64,000 nt of DNA from Camelus ferus (lineage: Eukaryota), in assembly GCF_009834535.1 (NCBI RefSeq), contig NC_045696.1:8248001-8312000 (forward strand). The letters are read 5' to 3'. Below are positions 24,781 through 38,370 of this stretch, one piece after another. How positions within the stretch are numbered: position 1 is the stretch's first letter; each line of letters begins with the position of its first letter. The notes below the pieces were generated by a model. The model saw nothing but the letters and a program-made list of their open reading frames with translations. It was not told the DNA's origin and searched no databases. The position numbers and the translations under genes are program-made.

Positions 24781-25514
24781 TAGGGTTAGTTCCTGTTGGA
24801 GCATTATATCCCTCTTCCCATGCTTGGCCAACACTTGTTCACAGGCAGGTCTAGTTTGTTGATCTGAGGACGATGGGGAAGCCTTGGCAGCGTTAGGCCC
24901 TCTGCCCCGCGTGCTACATGTATCGCCTTGTGTAATCCTTACAAGGATCAGTGATTCTGTAAATGTGGAAACAAAACTGTGGAAAAGGTAGAGTTCTTGC
25001 TGAGGTCACACACTGAGGCTTCAAACCTCAGTCATCCTCTGGGCCCCACGTTCCTAATGTTCCTGCCCCTGTGGCTGGGTTTGTGCAAGACAGGCAGGCT
25101 TAGGTGGGCACCTGACCTCACCTGATTAGGACCGTGTCAAATCAAATTGTAGCTGGAATGGTCGCCCTTGGAAGAACATTGGGAGGGAGGGCTGAGGTCC
25201 TGGAGTCCTGCTATGTCTAAGTGCGCCCCCTTCTGGTGCGACCACTGCCTGCTCTTGACAGGAAAAAAGGCTCCTTGGTACGTGGGGGAGCAGACTCAGG
25301 GCCCAGGGATCCTGTCTTCAGGTTGACCCTGAGGAAGGGGGTTATTAGCCACATTTATAGAAAAGGAAGCAGGCTCAGAGGAGGGAAGTAACGTGGCCCA
25401 GAGTCTTCCACAGGTGAGCGTGGAGTGATGCGGGCTGAGGAGGGGGCTGTCCTGGGTCACAGGCAGGTGGAGCCTTTATCAAGAGCATGTTTGCCAAACG
25501 GGGTCCCCTCCCTC

Positions 25515-25650
25515 TGGCGTCAGAAATGGCCGGGTTGTAGGAGCCCAGCCCAGACCCACTAAATCAGACTCTCCGGTGGAGGGGTAGGTCCAGGAATGTA
25601 CATTTGCAGTGAACCCCTGGGTGGTTTCAGGGCTCGCTGTCTGCAAACCA
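25515..25650. mobile_element. MER5-like DNA transposon remnant
   Basis: cccagacccactaaatcagactctc...ggtccaggaatgtacattt. Confidence 0.6.
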
Positions 25651-26684
25651 CTGACCATGCCAACGGAGGGCCTGAGCCCCCACTGCTGCCCCTGGTCCCA
25701 GGCATTTAATGGTTGTTTCACGGGCTCTTGAGGTGAAGTGTTAGGCAGACCTGACCCTAGATCATGCGATTCTGACCGTGGGCCTTTGAATATGTGCAGC
25801 ATCAGAGGGTTGGAGTGAAAGGTGGTATTACGTCTCTTACTAGAGACGAAGAAACTGAGGCACAGAGGGGCCAGGTGACGTGTCTCACATCGTACGGTTG
25901 GGATTTGACCCCAGGAGTGTCTGAGTTCAAGTCTACCACTTGTCAGTTATACCTATTTCTGCCTCCAAAGATGGGCAGCCTAGGGTCCAGGGTGGGGCTG
26001 GGTCACCTCAGAGCAGTTTGGTTTTGTCTTGTTTTTGTGTTATAATGGGTGACCTCCCTGCGCACAAGGAACCAGGCAGCGCTGAGCTTTGGGAAGAAAG
26101 AAGGCCTGCCCAGAAGTCCCTGTGGGCCAAGCCTTCTCCCTCCAGCCTCACCTTTTATGGTCAAAGTTCAGTTTTCCAGCCCCTCCCAGTCACCGTGAAG
26201 ACCCACATCCCATAAAGAGCAGCAGATGTTGTTAGAGGGGCAGGAAGAGGAGGGCGATCACGCAAGGCAGGCATCTCCTGTCCTGAGGAATTTGTCCCTG
26301 GGCGATCTCTGGCCCTCCCGTTATCCCCAGGGTCCCTGCCCAGCCATGCAGCTCTGGCCCTGAGCATTTGGAAGCCTTCTGGTGCCTGGAGCCAGACGGA
26401 GAGCCCAAACCTAGGACTGCATGGCGTCTACCTAGCAGTTTCTAGGACAGTTAACAATTGCAGTTCTCACTCTGCCCTTTTCACAAAGGGAGACTCTGAG
26501 CTGATTAGGAGAAAAGGGCATTCAGGACAAGTAGAGGGTGTGAAGAGGTGGACAGCACAGACCTCTGATTCTCAGGTTGCCTCTGGGACCCACTGCACTG
26601 AGTGACAGGCCTCCTGAAACTCAGACAGTGAAGGTGGGAGCAGCGGTTCCTAGCCTTAGCTGTTGGAATCCCATGTGGAGCTAC

Positions 26685-26837
26685 TTTTTTTTTTTAATTT
26701 ACTGAGGAATAATCAGCAAACGTAATTGTATATATTTAAAGTGTACAACATGATTTGATAGATGTGCACATTGAGGAATGATTATGGAGATCACGATAAT
26801 GAACACATCCATTACCTCATCAATTTAACATAGTTGA

Positions 26838-26878
<41 letters not shown>

Positions 26879-29800
26879 TGGGAATGCATAAGGGTTTCTC
26901 TCAGCAACTTTCAAGTACACAATACCGTGTTCACTGGTCACCATGTTGTGCGTTAATTAGATCTGCAGAACTTACTCTTCTGATAACTGAAAATTTATAC
27001 TCTTTGGCTGACATCTTCCCCTCCCTCCAGCCCCAGCAACCACCATTCTGTTCTCTCTTTCTATGAAATGGGCTTTTTAAAATTGTACAGTATAAGTGAA
27101 ATTATACAGTATTTGTCTTTCTCAGTCTGGCTTCTCTCTCAGCAAAATGCCCTACACATTCACCCATGTTGTTGCAAATGACAGGATTTCCTTCTTTTTT
27201 ATGTCTGAGTAATTCTTTTTTATGCCTGAGTAATAGTCCATTGTATATATGTGCCACATCTTTATTCATTCATCTGTTGAAGGACATTTTAGGTTGTTTC
27301 CACTTTTTGGCTATTGGGAATGGTGCTGCGGTGAACATGGGTGTATGGCTGTTTCTTTGAGATGCTGATTTCAGTTCCTTCAGATATAACCCAGGAGTGG
27401 GATTACTGGATCATATGATAGTTAAATTTTCAATTTTTTGAGGAACTGCCATACTGTTTTCCATAATGGCCGTGCCAGTTTACATTCCCACCAACAGTGT
27501 ATAAGGGTTCCTTTTTCTCCACACGATCAACACTTGTTATCTTTTGTCTTTTTGATAATGGCCATCCTAATAGGTGAGAGGTGTCTTTAATTTGCATTTC
27601 CCTGATGATTAGTGATGTTGAGTACCTTTTCATATACTTTTTGTATGTTTTCTTTGGAAACATGTCTATTCAGGTCCTTTGCCCGTTTTAAAATTGGATT
27701 ATTTGCTTTTTTGCTGTTGAGTTGTGTGAGTTCTTTGTATAGTTTGGATATTAACTCCTTATCAGATATATGTTTTGTGAATATTTTCTTCCATCCTATA
27801 GGTTGGATTAAATTTATTGCTTGTTTTCCTTTGCTGTGCAGAAGCCTTAGTTTGATGCAGTCCCACTTGTTTATTTCAGTTTTTGTTGCCTGTACTTTTG
27901 ACATCTTATCCAAGAAATTACTGCCAAGACCAATGTCAAAGGTCTTTCCCCCTAGAAATTTTATAGTTTCAGGTCTTACATTTAAGTCTTAGATCCTTTT
28001 GAGTTATTTTTTGTATGTGGTGTGAGATAGAGGTCCAGTTTCATTCTTTTGCATGTAGATGCCCAGTTTTCTCAGCACCATTTATTAGTTGAGTGTATAT
28101 GGGTGGGTTTATGCCTGGTCTCTCTGATCTGTTCCATTGGTCCATGAGACTTTTTTTTTTATGACAGTACCATACTTTTTGGATTACTATTGCTTTGAAT
28201 ATAGTTTGAAATCAGGAAGTGTGATACCTTCAACTTTGTTCTTTCTCATGATTATTGTGGCTATTCAGGGTCTTTTGTGGTTCCATACAAATATTAGGAA
28301 TTTTTTTTTTTATTTCTGTGAAAAATGTCATTAGGATTATGATAGGAATTGCATTGACTCTGTAGATCACTTTGGGTAGTATGAACATTTTCACAATATT
28401 AATTCTTCTAATCCATGAACATGGAATATGTTTCTGTTTATTTTTGTCTTCTTCAATCTCTTTCAACAATGTCTTATAGTTTTCATTGTATAGGTCTTTG
28501 ACCTCACCTCCTTGGTTAATTTATTCCTAAGTACTTTATTGTTTCTGGTGCTATTATAAATAGGATTGCTTTCTTAACTTGTCTTCTAGATAGTTTGTTA
28601 TTAGTGTATGGTAGTGCAGCTGATTTCTGCATGTTGATTTTGAACTTGCAACTTTACTGAATTTATTAGTTCTAACAGATTTTTGGTGAGTCTTTAGGGT
28701 TTTCTATGTATAATATTATGCCATCTGCAAGCAGATAATTTTACTTCTTTCTTTCTGTTTTGGATGCCTTTTATGTCTTTTTCTTGCCTAATTGCTAAGA
28801 CTACAACTTCCAGTACTATGCTAAATAGAAATGGCGAGAGTAGGCATCCTTGTCTTGTTCCTGATCTTAGGAAAAGGCTTTTGCACTTCACCATTGAGTA
28901 TGATGTAGCTGTGGGCTTTTCATATATGGCCTTTATTTTGCTGAGGATCATTTCTTCTATACTTGACTTGTTGAGAGTTTTTATCATGAAAGGATGTTAA
29001 ATTTTGTTAAGTGCTTTTTCTGCATCTATTTGAAATGATCATATGATTCTTATCCTTCATTCTGTTAATGTGATATATCACATTTATTGATTTCATATGT
29101 TCAACTATCCTTGTACCCCAAGGATGTATCCCACTTAATCATGGCGTGTCATCATGTTAATGTGTTCTTGAATTCAGTTTGCTAGTATCTTGTTGAGGAT
29201 TTTTGCATCGGTGTTTATTCTCTCTTGATTGACCTGTAATTTTTTTTCCTTGTAGTGTCCTTGTCTGGTTTTGGTATATGGGTAATGCTGGTCTTGTAAA
29301 ATGAGTTTGGAAGTTTTCCTTGCTATTCAATTTTTAGAAGAGTTTGCAAAGGATTGGTATTAATTTTTCATTAAATGTTTGGTAAAATTCACCTGTGAAG
29401 TCATCTGCTCTTGGGCTTCTATTTGTTTGGAGATTTTGATTACCTGTTTAATCTTGCTCATTATTGGTCTGTTCAGATTTTCTATTAGTTTATGATTCAT
29501 TCTTGGTAAGTTGTGTTTCTAGGAATTTATCCATTTATCCATTGGGAAGTTTTCAGCTATTATTTCTTTAAATATGTTTTCTGTCCCTTTTTCCCTCTCT
29601 CCTTTTTCTGGGACATCCATAATGCAGGCATTGTTTTGCTTGATGGCATCCCACAATTCCTATAGGTTTTCTTCACTCTTTTTCAATCTAACTTTTTTTT
29701 CTCCCCTGTCTGGATAATATGAAGAAATCTGTCTTTGAGTTCATAGATTCTTTCTTCTGCCTGATTGAGCCTCCTGTTGAAGCTTTCTATTGTCTTTTTC

Positions 29801-31420
29801 ATTTCATTCATTGTAGTTTTCAGCTTCAGAATTTCTATTTTTTTTTTTTTAATGATTCTGCCTCTTTGTTGAACTTCTTATTTTGTTCATGTGTTGTTTT
29901 CCTGAGTTCCCTAAGTTACGTTCTCTTAAATCTTGCTGAGCTTCCTAAAATAATTGTTTTGAATTTCTTTTTAGGTAACTCACAAATCTCCATTTCTTTG
30001 GGATTGGTTACTGGAAAGTTATGTTCCTTTGGTGGTGTCATGTTTCCGATGGCTTTGCATTGATGTCCATGCATTTGAGGGTGCATTCACCTATCAGTGG
30101 GAAAGACTTCCACCTAAAGGTGGCTGCAAAGGTGTTAGCCTGGTGGGATGCGGTGTCTTTCATTCTTGGAAGGCACAGCAGCACAGTCTCCATGCAGCTC
30201 TGCCAGCTGAGGTCACTGTAGGTGCAGACTGCAGGGTCTTCTGTGGCCAAGACTCCAGAGGTCCTGCGGGCCGCAGTGGCAGCCAAGGCCTTGGGAGCCT
30301 TGAAGGTGAAGGTTGCAGGAGACTGCTGTTCAGTTTTTTCCCATGGGAGGAAGTTCTAGCTAATGGGATCCCTCTTGGCTGTGGTGTGGCGTGCAGAGCT
30401 GGCATCCTGGGACCACTTGCTGAGGCAGTGGCCCTGGTGTCTAAGGTGTAGACAGGTGCACATCACCTGTGGAACCAAGTCTGGCTCTCTGAGTCTTGCC
30501 ACAGTGACTCTGGCCGGGGGTGGGGGGTGACAGAACAGTGGCACAGGCCTTGGGATGACAAAGTGCAGCTGTGGCTTGGTCCCAGGGCTCAGGGGACAGG
30601 GTGCAGTAGCAGCACGGCCTGTGGATGTGGGTTGAAGTCCCAGCTTTGGCCCCAGTTGGCAGTTGTAGGACAGCGGCAACACGTCCTTGACGCGGCCTAT
30701 TAAAACCCTGTGTTAGGATCTGGGCAGCAAGGCTTAGGGCAGTGGCAGTTCCTTGAGCAATGACAGTTAAGAGTTTTGACCTGGGACCCAGGGGCAGGGC
30801 TCAGAGCATTGGTAGTGTGGCTTGGAAGTGATGGTTCAGAGTGATGACCTGGGTCATGGGGGTGGGGATCAGGGCAGTAGCAGTGTGGTACTGGTAGTGG
30901 TCACAGTGAGACCTGGGACCCAGAGGGCGGGGCTCAGAGCAGTGGGGGCGCCCATCTTGTATATGATGATGCACTGTGAGGTCCTGATCCCAGACAGTGG
31001 GGCTCAGCAGTGAATGGGGCCCCTGTGGAGTGGACGCAGTGGTGGGTACTCGGGGCAGCTCCGTCAGCTGGATCAGCACTGGTGTAGACTGGGGGAGACC
31101 GTAGCAGCAGAGGCTGCAGACATCCACAGGAGTGAGGCTTGCTGGGGTTCTCCTGTTTCCTTTCCTCCGGAAGGTGAAATTCCCCTGAAGGGATGTCCCT
31201 GGCACACAGCCACTCTTGACTTGAGGATGGGTGACACAGGTGGAATGTTTCCTGTACTTTTCTGCATGGCCATCCTCGGTTTTTGAGCTCTGCAGGGTTT
31301 TTGCAGGTTCATTGTAGTCCAGCGCTTTCCCTGGGCTGTTTTTGTTGGTTTGTAGTTGTTTTTTGTTTTTGTGAGATGAACTCTGGGACCTCTTAGCCCT
31401 CTGCTGGCTGATGTCACCTC
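26685..31420 (-). mobile_element. L1 with both ends retained (5' UTR, partial ORF1, partial ORF2, 3' UTR) and a large internal deletion
   Basis: ORF2 peptides ([34 protein letters not shown]); ORF1 motif FKEIIAENFP near 29545-29575; GC-rich 5' UTR starting GGAGGTGACATCAGC on minus. Confidence 0.88.
26842..26877. repeat. (GT)n microsatellite
   Basis: About 18 perfect GT units inside the L1 3' UTR. Confidence 0.97.
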
Positions 31421-31423
31421 CCT

Positions 31424-31545
31424 CTCACCTGCAGAGCTTTAAGAACTACTGATGCCAGAGTCTCACCCCAGAGGGCCTGATTTAATTGGTCTTGGGTGTG
31501 CCAAGAACCTGGTGGTCCTAAAGTTCCCAGGTGACTTTGATGTTC
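31424..31545. mobile_element. MER5A-like right part; left part at ~26641-26684
   Basis: gagctttaagaactactgatgcc...caccccagag...gatttaattggtc. Confidence 0.65.
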
Positions 31546-34500
31546 CCCAAAGTTCCCTTTCTGAGTCTCTGGGCTATAGGAATAAGCCCCTTTAACTTCT
31601 CCCAGCTGGAACATTCTGGATTTTCAAGCCTACAGTTACAACAGTTTTGGGAGGCAGGGTAGAGAGTTCCAACTGCTATACCTTTACATAAGCTTATGCT
31701 ACCTAAGTAATTAAAAAAATAGTAGCAATCCATGTCGAGTACAGATTAATCCAAAGCATAAATGCTTTAACATTCGGTTCAACTAGTACAGTTAAATATA
31801 AGTGGCCAGACCACAACAGGTGCTTAATACATTTTAGTTCTTTTCATGCAGCTGCTTTGAAAACAAGCTACACCTGTAAGGATTATGGTGGGTGCCTGAA
31901 AAATACAAGATGGGTCTTTTGATCTGTGGTACTTTGCAGTGAACTTGAGACACTTCCATCTTTGTACACTAGGTGGTGTAAGAGGACCGCTGAGCTGAGA
32001 ATGCTGAGTCCGGTCAGCCACATACAGCCAAAATGAGGCAAGAGTGTCGTTTTTTTCAGATGTTAGTAGGACCCAGACAAGGCAAAAAGAACTCCGTGTA
32101 CTGCTACTGGCATAAAATGCAGAGTTGATATTCTCTTGTGGGCCGTTGGATCTCCTTGGGTGAGAAACATAGGCAGGTAGGTAAACATTAGTTCAAGGTG
32201 ATGGCTGCCCGAGACCAGGCCTGGCCAGGTGTGATGGGCTCAGAGGTGGAGGAGAGAGGAGGCGGTGGGTGATAAGCTGCCGAAACTGCCTGGTCTCTGC
32301 CTACAGACAAGCGATGAATAGATGTGCTATTTAGCACTTTGTTTTGAGAAGGAAAGAATTTTTCACACCAGGTAGCAGGTTTTAATTTCTATCATCCTTG
32401 GTAGCAGGTAGACAAGCCCTGACATGCAGGCAAACAGAGCAAGGGTCGCTTAAAGGAGTTTAAATTGACCACCCACACAAAGAAAGGGGTCCACTCCTGC
32501 AACCCCTCTTCTGCCAGACGTGTGTAGAATTAGACAGTGGTACCATGTGTGGCGAGCTGGAAAGGCGCCATTTCTCCCCACCGACAGGAGGGCTGCCTGT
32601 CTGTTGTCAGAGGCGTGTGTTTGGTCTGAGGATGGAGCTTCAGGGTAGAGTGAAAACAATGCCAGGGTGTCCTTGGACTGCTCTGTCTGCAGGTGACTGA
32701 CAGGCTCCAGAACCCAGCGCCTGGGGAAGGAAGGTGACCCAGCACAACATGGCATAGGGGCTGCGCGGGGGGCCGCGTTTGAAATCATTTCTTTGGTCCG
32801 CTGGACTTGCCCGCTGCCTCTGTTACCTGTCCTTCGATCAAGCCTAATTCAGCTTGCAGATCTGGGAGCTCCTGTAATGGTTTCTCCCTTCTCACTCTCT
32901 CCTCCTTCCACACCTCTTGCTATTTATACACAGTCCAGCATTGCCCTGAGTGGGTGTTTGTTTTCTTTTTGGTACCTCAGCTAGAGCGCGCCGGGGAGAC
33001 CTGGCTGGGGCGGGTACTAGGGTACCGACGTTTTCCCCCTTAATTGGAAGAGTAGAGAAAAGTGCTGGTGACTGTTCTCTGCGTGGAGTTACCTGACTGC
33101 TGGTGGCTGGCTGTTTGGGGCACAGATCCTGCTTAAGAGTATTCAGGCTGGGATAATGAGCTATTTGTGACTTGTTGTGGTTCAATATTCAGGCCAGGGA
33201 GCCACCCCGCAGCCTAGTTTGGGAGCCATGGCTCACATGGACACAGCCATCAGCAAAAATTGTGTCAAAGAGGAAATATTCTGTCTCTATATTTAGAAGG
33301 CAGGGCTTCTGATACCAGTAAGTGCAAAATATTGGTAGTGGGCAGCCATTAGAATCCATCGTCTTTCTTTTATAGTTTCCTTGTGGCAGGAGTCTGTGGG
33401 AGAGGCCACTGCCACCAAAAATATCCCTTAGGAAACTAAACAAGCACTGTCAGCATCTTTTATTAGGGTCACTTGCCTTAGAACCCTGCTTCATAAAGGC
33501 TGATCTGCAGACCTACAGCATCAGCAGCGCCCAGGAGCTTGTGAGAAATGCAGATTCACAGGCCCTACCCTGGGCCTGCGGGAGAAGCAGTGCCTCAGAA
33601 GTGGGGCTGGCTCTAGGGATCAAACCATTTTGGTAAAGAATTACCAGCCTCCTGGACCAGTCAGTCTGACCATCAGCAAGCCATTTAGCACCGTTGGGGG
33701 ACAGCTGTCCTTAACACGAGGATGCCGTTGGAGCCACTCACCTACAGAGAGTGAGGCGGGGCCCCGGGGCTCTGCTGGGAGGACCCCCGTGGCCAGTTTC
33801 TCAGCGAGTATCATAGTTTTGCCCCTTGTACTTTGGGGGATGGCTGTTCCCCAATATCTCTGAAGTGCCAGGGGAGGTTGCCTGCCAGAAGCCACCTCGC
33901 TCCTCACCCACACCCTGTGCTGGGTGCTGCTGGGCAGTAGGCTGTGGAACCCCGGTCTCCCTAGCACACACTTCTGAGGTTCACGTTCATGGGGACAAAA
34001 CAGATCCCAGTGTAGCGATGTGGTTATGGATTCACTAGTCCACTGCAGGTGCCTGGGGGCTGGTGGGCCTTGACTTGAAGAGTCCGGGGGCTTTCGGACT
34101 GGGCCACGTGTTTACTTAGCAGTTCCGGGGCCTGCGTGCTTTCTAGGGGCCAGCACGGTCCCTGACTCGGTTTCATCCCCGCCGTGCACTCTCCTCCTCC
34201 TGATACGTGGGGATGGCTCAGGTCAGGGGGCCAGGAGGCGAAGTCCCCTTCACGCTCGAGGAGAGACAGGGCTGCACACAGTCCTGGTAGGCTTTATGCC
34301 CGCACAGCTTCTTTCTGGCCACTTCCATGAGCTGTGTTCTGATTCCCTATGACACTAAGGTCGAGGGTAGTGATGCATTTCCCTGGAGTCTTGAAGACGG
34401 GGGCGGTCGGGGTGAGGACAGACTTCGCTCGTCTTAGGCCATCCGTGGGTTCTGGGACAGGAAGACTTCAGAAGAGGAGGAAATTTCAGGCGGGATCCGG

Positions 34501-35898
34501 CAAGGGGAGGACGAGGCAACTGCCCTCGGAACTGGCTGTGCCTTCGCTTTCCTGTGGCTTCGGTTCCCTGCAGGTTCTGACATGCTCCGCGCGCAGATCC
34601 GAGCCAGCCGGGGCGGCCGGTAGCTTTGGGCCAGGCCAGTTCCACGGCTCTGCTCTCCCCCGTTAGCTCTCGTTATGGGGAATTGGAAGGGGGGTTGGTA
34701 ACAGCGCCTGGTGTCCCTTCCTTTGTTTATAGACATATTTTTCTTTGTGAGAGAAAAAAAGAGCTGACTCCCTTTGAAGGGACATGAAAACTGAGTTTTG
34801 TCTTCTCTTCCTATTACTGTCAAACAAAAGTCACCTTAGAACTGTCCGTCACAGGGGACCCGTCACTGGCAGGAAGCGAGGCCTTCCCTCATGAATGTAT
34901 AACTTACAGTAAGTTCTCAGCAGACCAAAAAAAATGCCTTTTATCATGTTCTGGTTTTTTTCCTCCCACTGTTTTATTTCACTTACAACATCACTCAGGC
35001 CCAAATGGTATTTGTCAGGAGTAATTGGCAAACGCTGGAGGCTGTGTTCAAGGCTGCTTGAATGGAAAATCTCAAAGCAGTTGTCCACGTTGAAAGAAAA
35101 TATTACATTTGATCTTTTTTTAAAATGATTTCTGAAGACATGATGCATGTCTGCATTCTTTAGCCTTATAACCCTTTATATTTGAGGGGAAAAAAACCCC
35201 AGCAGGAAGTAGCACTCCACAGTTAATTTGCAGTACGCCAGAGAAGGAACCACAACACATGCGAAGTCTTTTTAAAGACACGACCATGATTTATTTTTAT
35301 TAGCCTTCTAATAAGCCTGCGCCGGTTTACAGGTTGTTACACATTGAGTTATGACTTCAAGCTTCGTGTTTCATGTCTCTTTCTACTTGGATGTTTATCC
35401 TGCTGGATGAAAATATGCCTGAGGGTGGTGGCAGTCGTCCACGGGGTGGTGGGAGCCCGCTCACTCCGGCTCCTTTGGAAGCTACAGGCTTTTCCGGGGC
35501 AGGACATTGTGTAAGCAGCAAATTAGAACCGTCTGATCAAACTGAGTCCCAGAGAGGGGAAAGGACACGTTGGAGGGCCAGGAAATGAATGATGATGGGT
35601 CTCCCGAACCGTAAGTCTTCACAGTGTATGAAGCGTTACCTTCTTAGGTACGAAGCATAGTGTAAATACATAGTTTGGAGGCCTTTGAAGGTCACACAAC
35701 CCAACGTAAATAAATGTGGCTTTCTCCATGTTCCCCATGTGTGTATGTAAATACGTATCAGGAAATGGCACAACTCACTGACCCAGGGCTGCAGAGCTCG
35801 CAGGAGGTTCTTAACCACCTCGTATCTACTACGCCCAGATGATTCTGGAGTAACAACACACACATGTTACAGAACACGTGTTACAGAAAACTCTAGAT

Positions 35899-37265
35899 CA
35901 GGTGTCAGCCAGCCCCTATTTTTGTAAATAATTTTTTTTTTCTAAATGCAGACTTAAAAAAAAATTATGCTTAAATAGGTATAACAAAGAACTGGCCATT
36001 TAACCATTTTTAAGTGTATAGTTCAGTGACATTGAGCACATTATTTCCAGGACTTTCCTATCACCCCAAACAGAAGTTCTGCACCCATTAAACAGTAACT
36101 CTCTGTTCTCCCCTCCCCCTCCAGCGCCCAGTAACCTTTAATCTACTTTATGTCTCTGTAATTTGCCTATTCTAGATATTTCATGGAAGTGGAAACATAC
36201 GCCATCTGTCCTATTGTGTCTGGTTTATTTCACTTAGCACAATGTTTTTGAGGATCATCTATTATACTGTGTGTTATTACTTCACTGCTCCCCCTGCTTA
36301 ATGGAGGGACCATTGACAATCAAATATTGTGTATATGTAAGGTGTACAACTTGGTAATTCGATATGCATTATGAAAGATTCACCACAATCAAGCTAATTA
36401 ACATATCCACCCACATAGTTTACCTTTTTTTTTTTTTTTTTTTTGGTGGTGAGGACACTTGAGATCTACCCTCTTAGAAAATTTCAGGAATACCATACAG
36501 TACTGTTAGCTGTGGTCACAGTTTGTACATTAGATCTTCAGAACTTACTCACTTTGCATCATTGCTTTTTTTAAAAAAAACTATGGTAAAAACATAAAAT
36601 TTACCATCTTAACCGTTTTTGAAATGTGTGGTCAGTAGTGTTTGATTGTATTCACAGTGTTGTGCAACAGATTTCTAGAACGTATTTATCTTGCAAACCT
36701 TCACCTCTGTATTCAGTGAATCACACCTCCCCTTTTCCCTCTCCTCTCTGCCCCTGGGACCCACCAATCTACTTTTTGTTTCTAAGAGCTTGACTCCTTT
36801 GGATGCCTCGTGTAAGTGGAATCATGTAGTATTTGTTCTTTTGTGTCTGGCTTATTTCACTTAGCAACACGTCCTTAAGGTTCATCCATGTTGTAGTTTA
36901 ATGGTAGGATTTCCTTCGTTTTTATGGCTGAATAATATTCTGCTGCATGTATATACCATGTTTTGTTTATCTATTAGTCAGTCAGTGGACACTTGGGATG
37001 TTTCTGGCTCTTGGCTTCTGTGAATAATGCTGCTGTGCACATGGATGTGAAGGTATCTGAATCTCTGCTTTCCCTTCCTGTGGGGATATGCCCACAAGTG
37101 TGTTAATGAAGTTTTATTGTGACACAGCCGGGTCTGTTTGTTTTCCGATTGACTGTGGCAGAATTTACAACAGCAGAGTTGAATTGTTGAGACAGAGGCT
37201 ATATGGCTCACAAAGCGGAAAATATTTACTGTCTGGCCCTTTACAGAAAACGTTTGCTGACTCCG
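35899..37265. mobile_element. MER58A split by stacked minus-strand L1 3' ends
   Basis: MER58 left part 35899-35931, right part ~37104-37265; L1 3' UTR fragments between them. Confidence 0.75.
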
Positions 37266-37528
37266 CTTAGATCTAATCAAACGTGTACTTCCTCCGGTGG
37301 TTCTGTTGGAGGATTGTCACTGGTTTTGAACAAGGCCTAGTTATTTATCTGGTATTTGGTACCCACGAAGCAACCCCAGTGGGCGTGCTCTGGCCACAGG
37401 CAAACTCTTTTGGCCTTAATGCAAACTCTTCTTCCAGGGGCTGGACTGACAGTGAGGAGGCCCTGTTCTTTACCTCCCTTAAAACCTAGAGCGCTGTGCC
37501 AGCGCTTTCTTTCTTGCCACAACACATG

Positions 37529-37825
37529 TGTATCAGTTTCCTGTGGCTGCCGTGACACAAAACCACAGGCTTGGTGGCTTAAAGCAATAGAACTTTATTC
37601 TCTTGCAGTCCTGGAGGCTGGAGTCCTGTGTATCTGTTTCTGCTTCTTTTCCCTTAGAAGGACTTGTCATTGCATTTAGAGTACACTTGGTTAATCTAGA
37701 ATGGTCTCATTTTGAGATCCTTTGCTTTTGTAAAACTGTAAAAACACCTATTCCCAAATAAGGTCATGTCATAGGTACCAGAGCTTAGGACTTGGACATT
37801 TCTTTTGTTGTTGGGAGGAGGACAC
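37529..37825. mobile_element. MaLR LTR (MLT1-type), interrupted near its end
   Basis: tgtatcagtttcctgtggctgccgtgaca...aataaggtcatgtcataggtacc; remainder at 38375-38393. Confidence 0.75.
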
Positions 37826-38370
37826 TGTAGGGGAGAAAAACACTTTTCCTCTACTCTCTTAGGTTCAGTGATTGAGGCTTGCAAATTAACTGACAAAAGA
37901 CAGATCAACAGGAGAAAGATTTATTTTGCATGCATATAACAGCTACATGTGAAAATCCCAAGACATAGTTAGGTTTCAGAGCTTATATGCTATTTTTTAA
38001 AAGGTGATAAATTGTAGAGAAGTGACTAGACAAAGGAAAAGGGGTTTGAGCTTCTGGGGGAAGAGTAAACTGTGGGAAGGTAAATGTATATGGAAACTAA
38101 TGGAAGATAGGAGCCAGTTAGTAGGGTTTGTTATGCAGACCAAGTTGGCAGCTTCCAGTGATGGAGTCTCTGGTGACGAAGAGTCAGTCCTGGTATGGGA
38201 GCAGGGGGAGGGTTACCTTTACGCTTGGAAGTTTACGCCCTGATTTTAGGCAAAAAGGAGGAGGGCAGAGAGTTTCTCCTGCATTTGCTGTTTCTCAGTT
38301 GCCTTCAGCTCCAAAGAGTCCTTGTGTCAAAAGTGGCTTATTTGGGGGTGGCATGTTCTGACGCCTTCCA
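37826..38370 (-). mobile_element. ERV1 solo LTR (MER34/MER39-like)
   Basis: TG...CA ends, 4-bp TSD ACAC; minus strand starts GGAAGGCGTCAGAACATGCCACCCCCAAATAAGCCAC. Confidence 0.8.

Noticed and set aside
27430..29000. Several 70-126 aa ORFs
   Set aside because: Fragments of decayed L1 ORF2 or its antisense strand; not host genes.
32765..32785. CDE/CHR-like motif (gccgcgtttgaaat)
   Set aside because: A single short motif with no associated TSS evidence.
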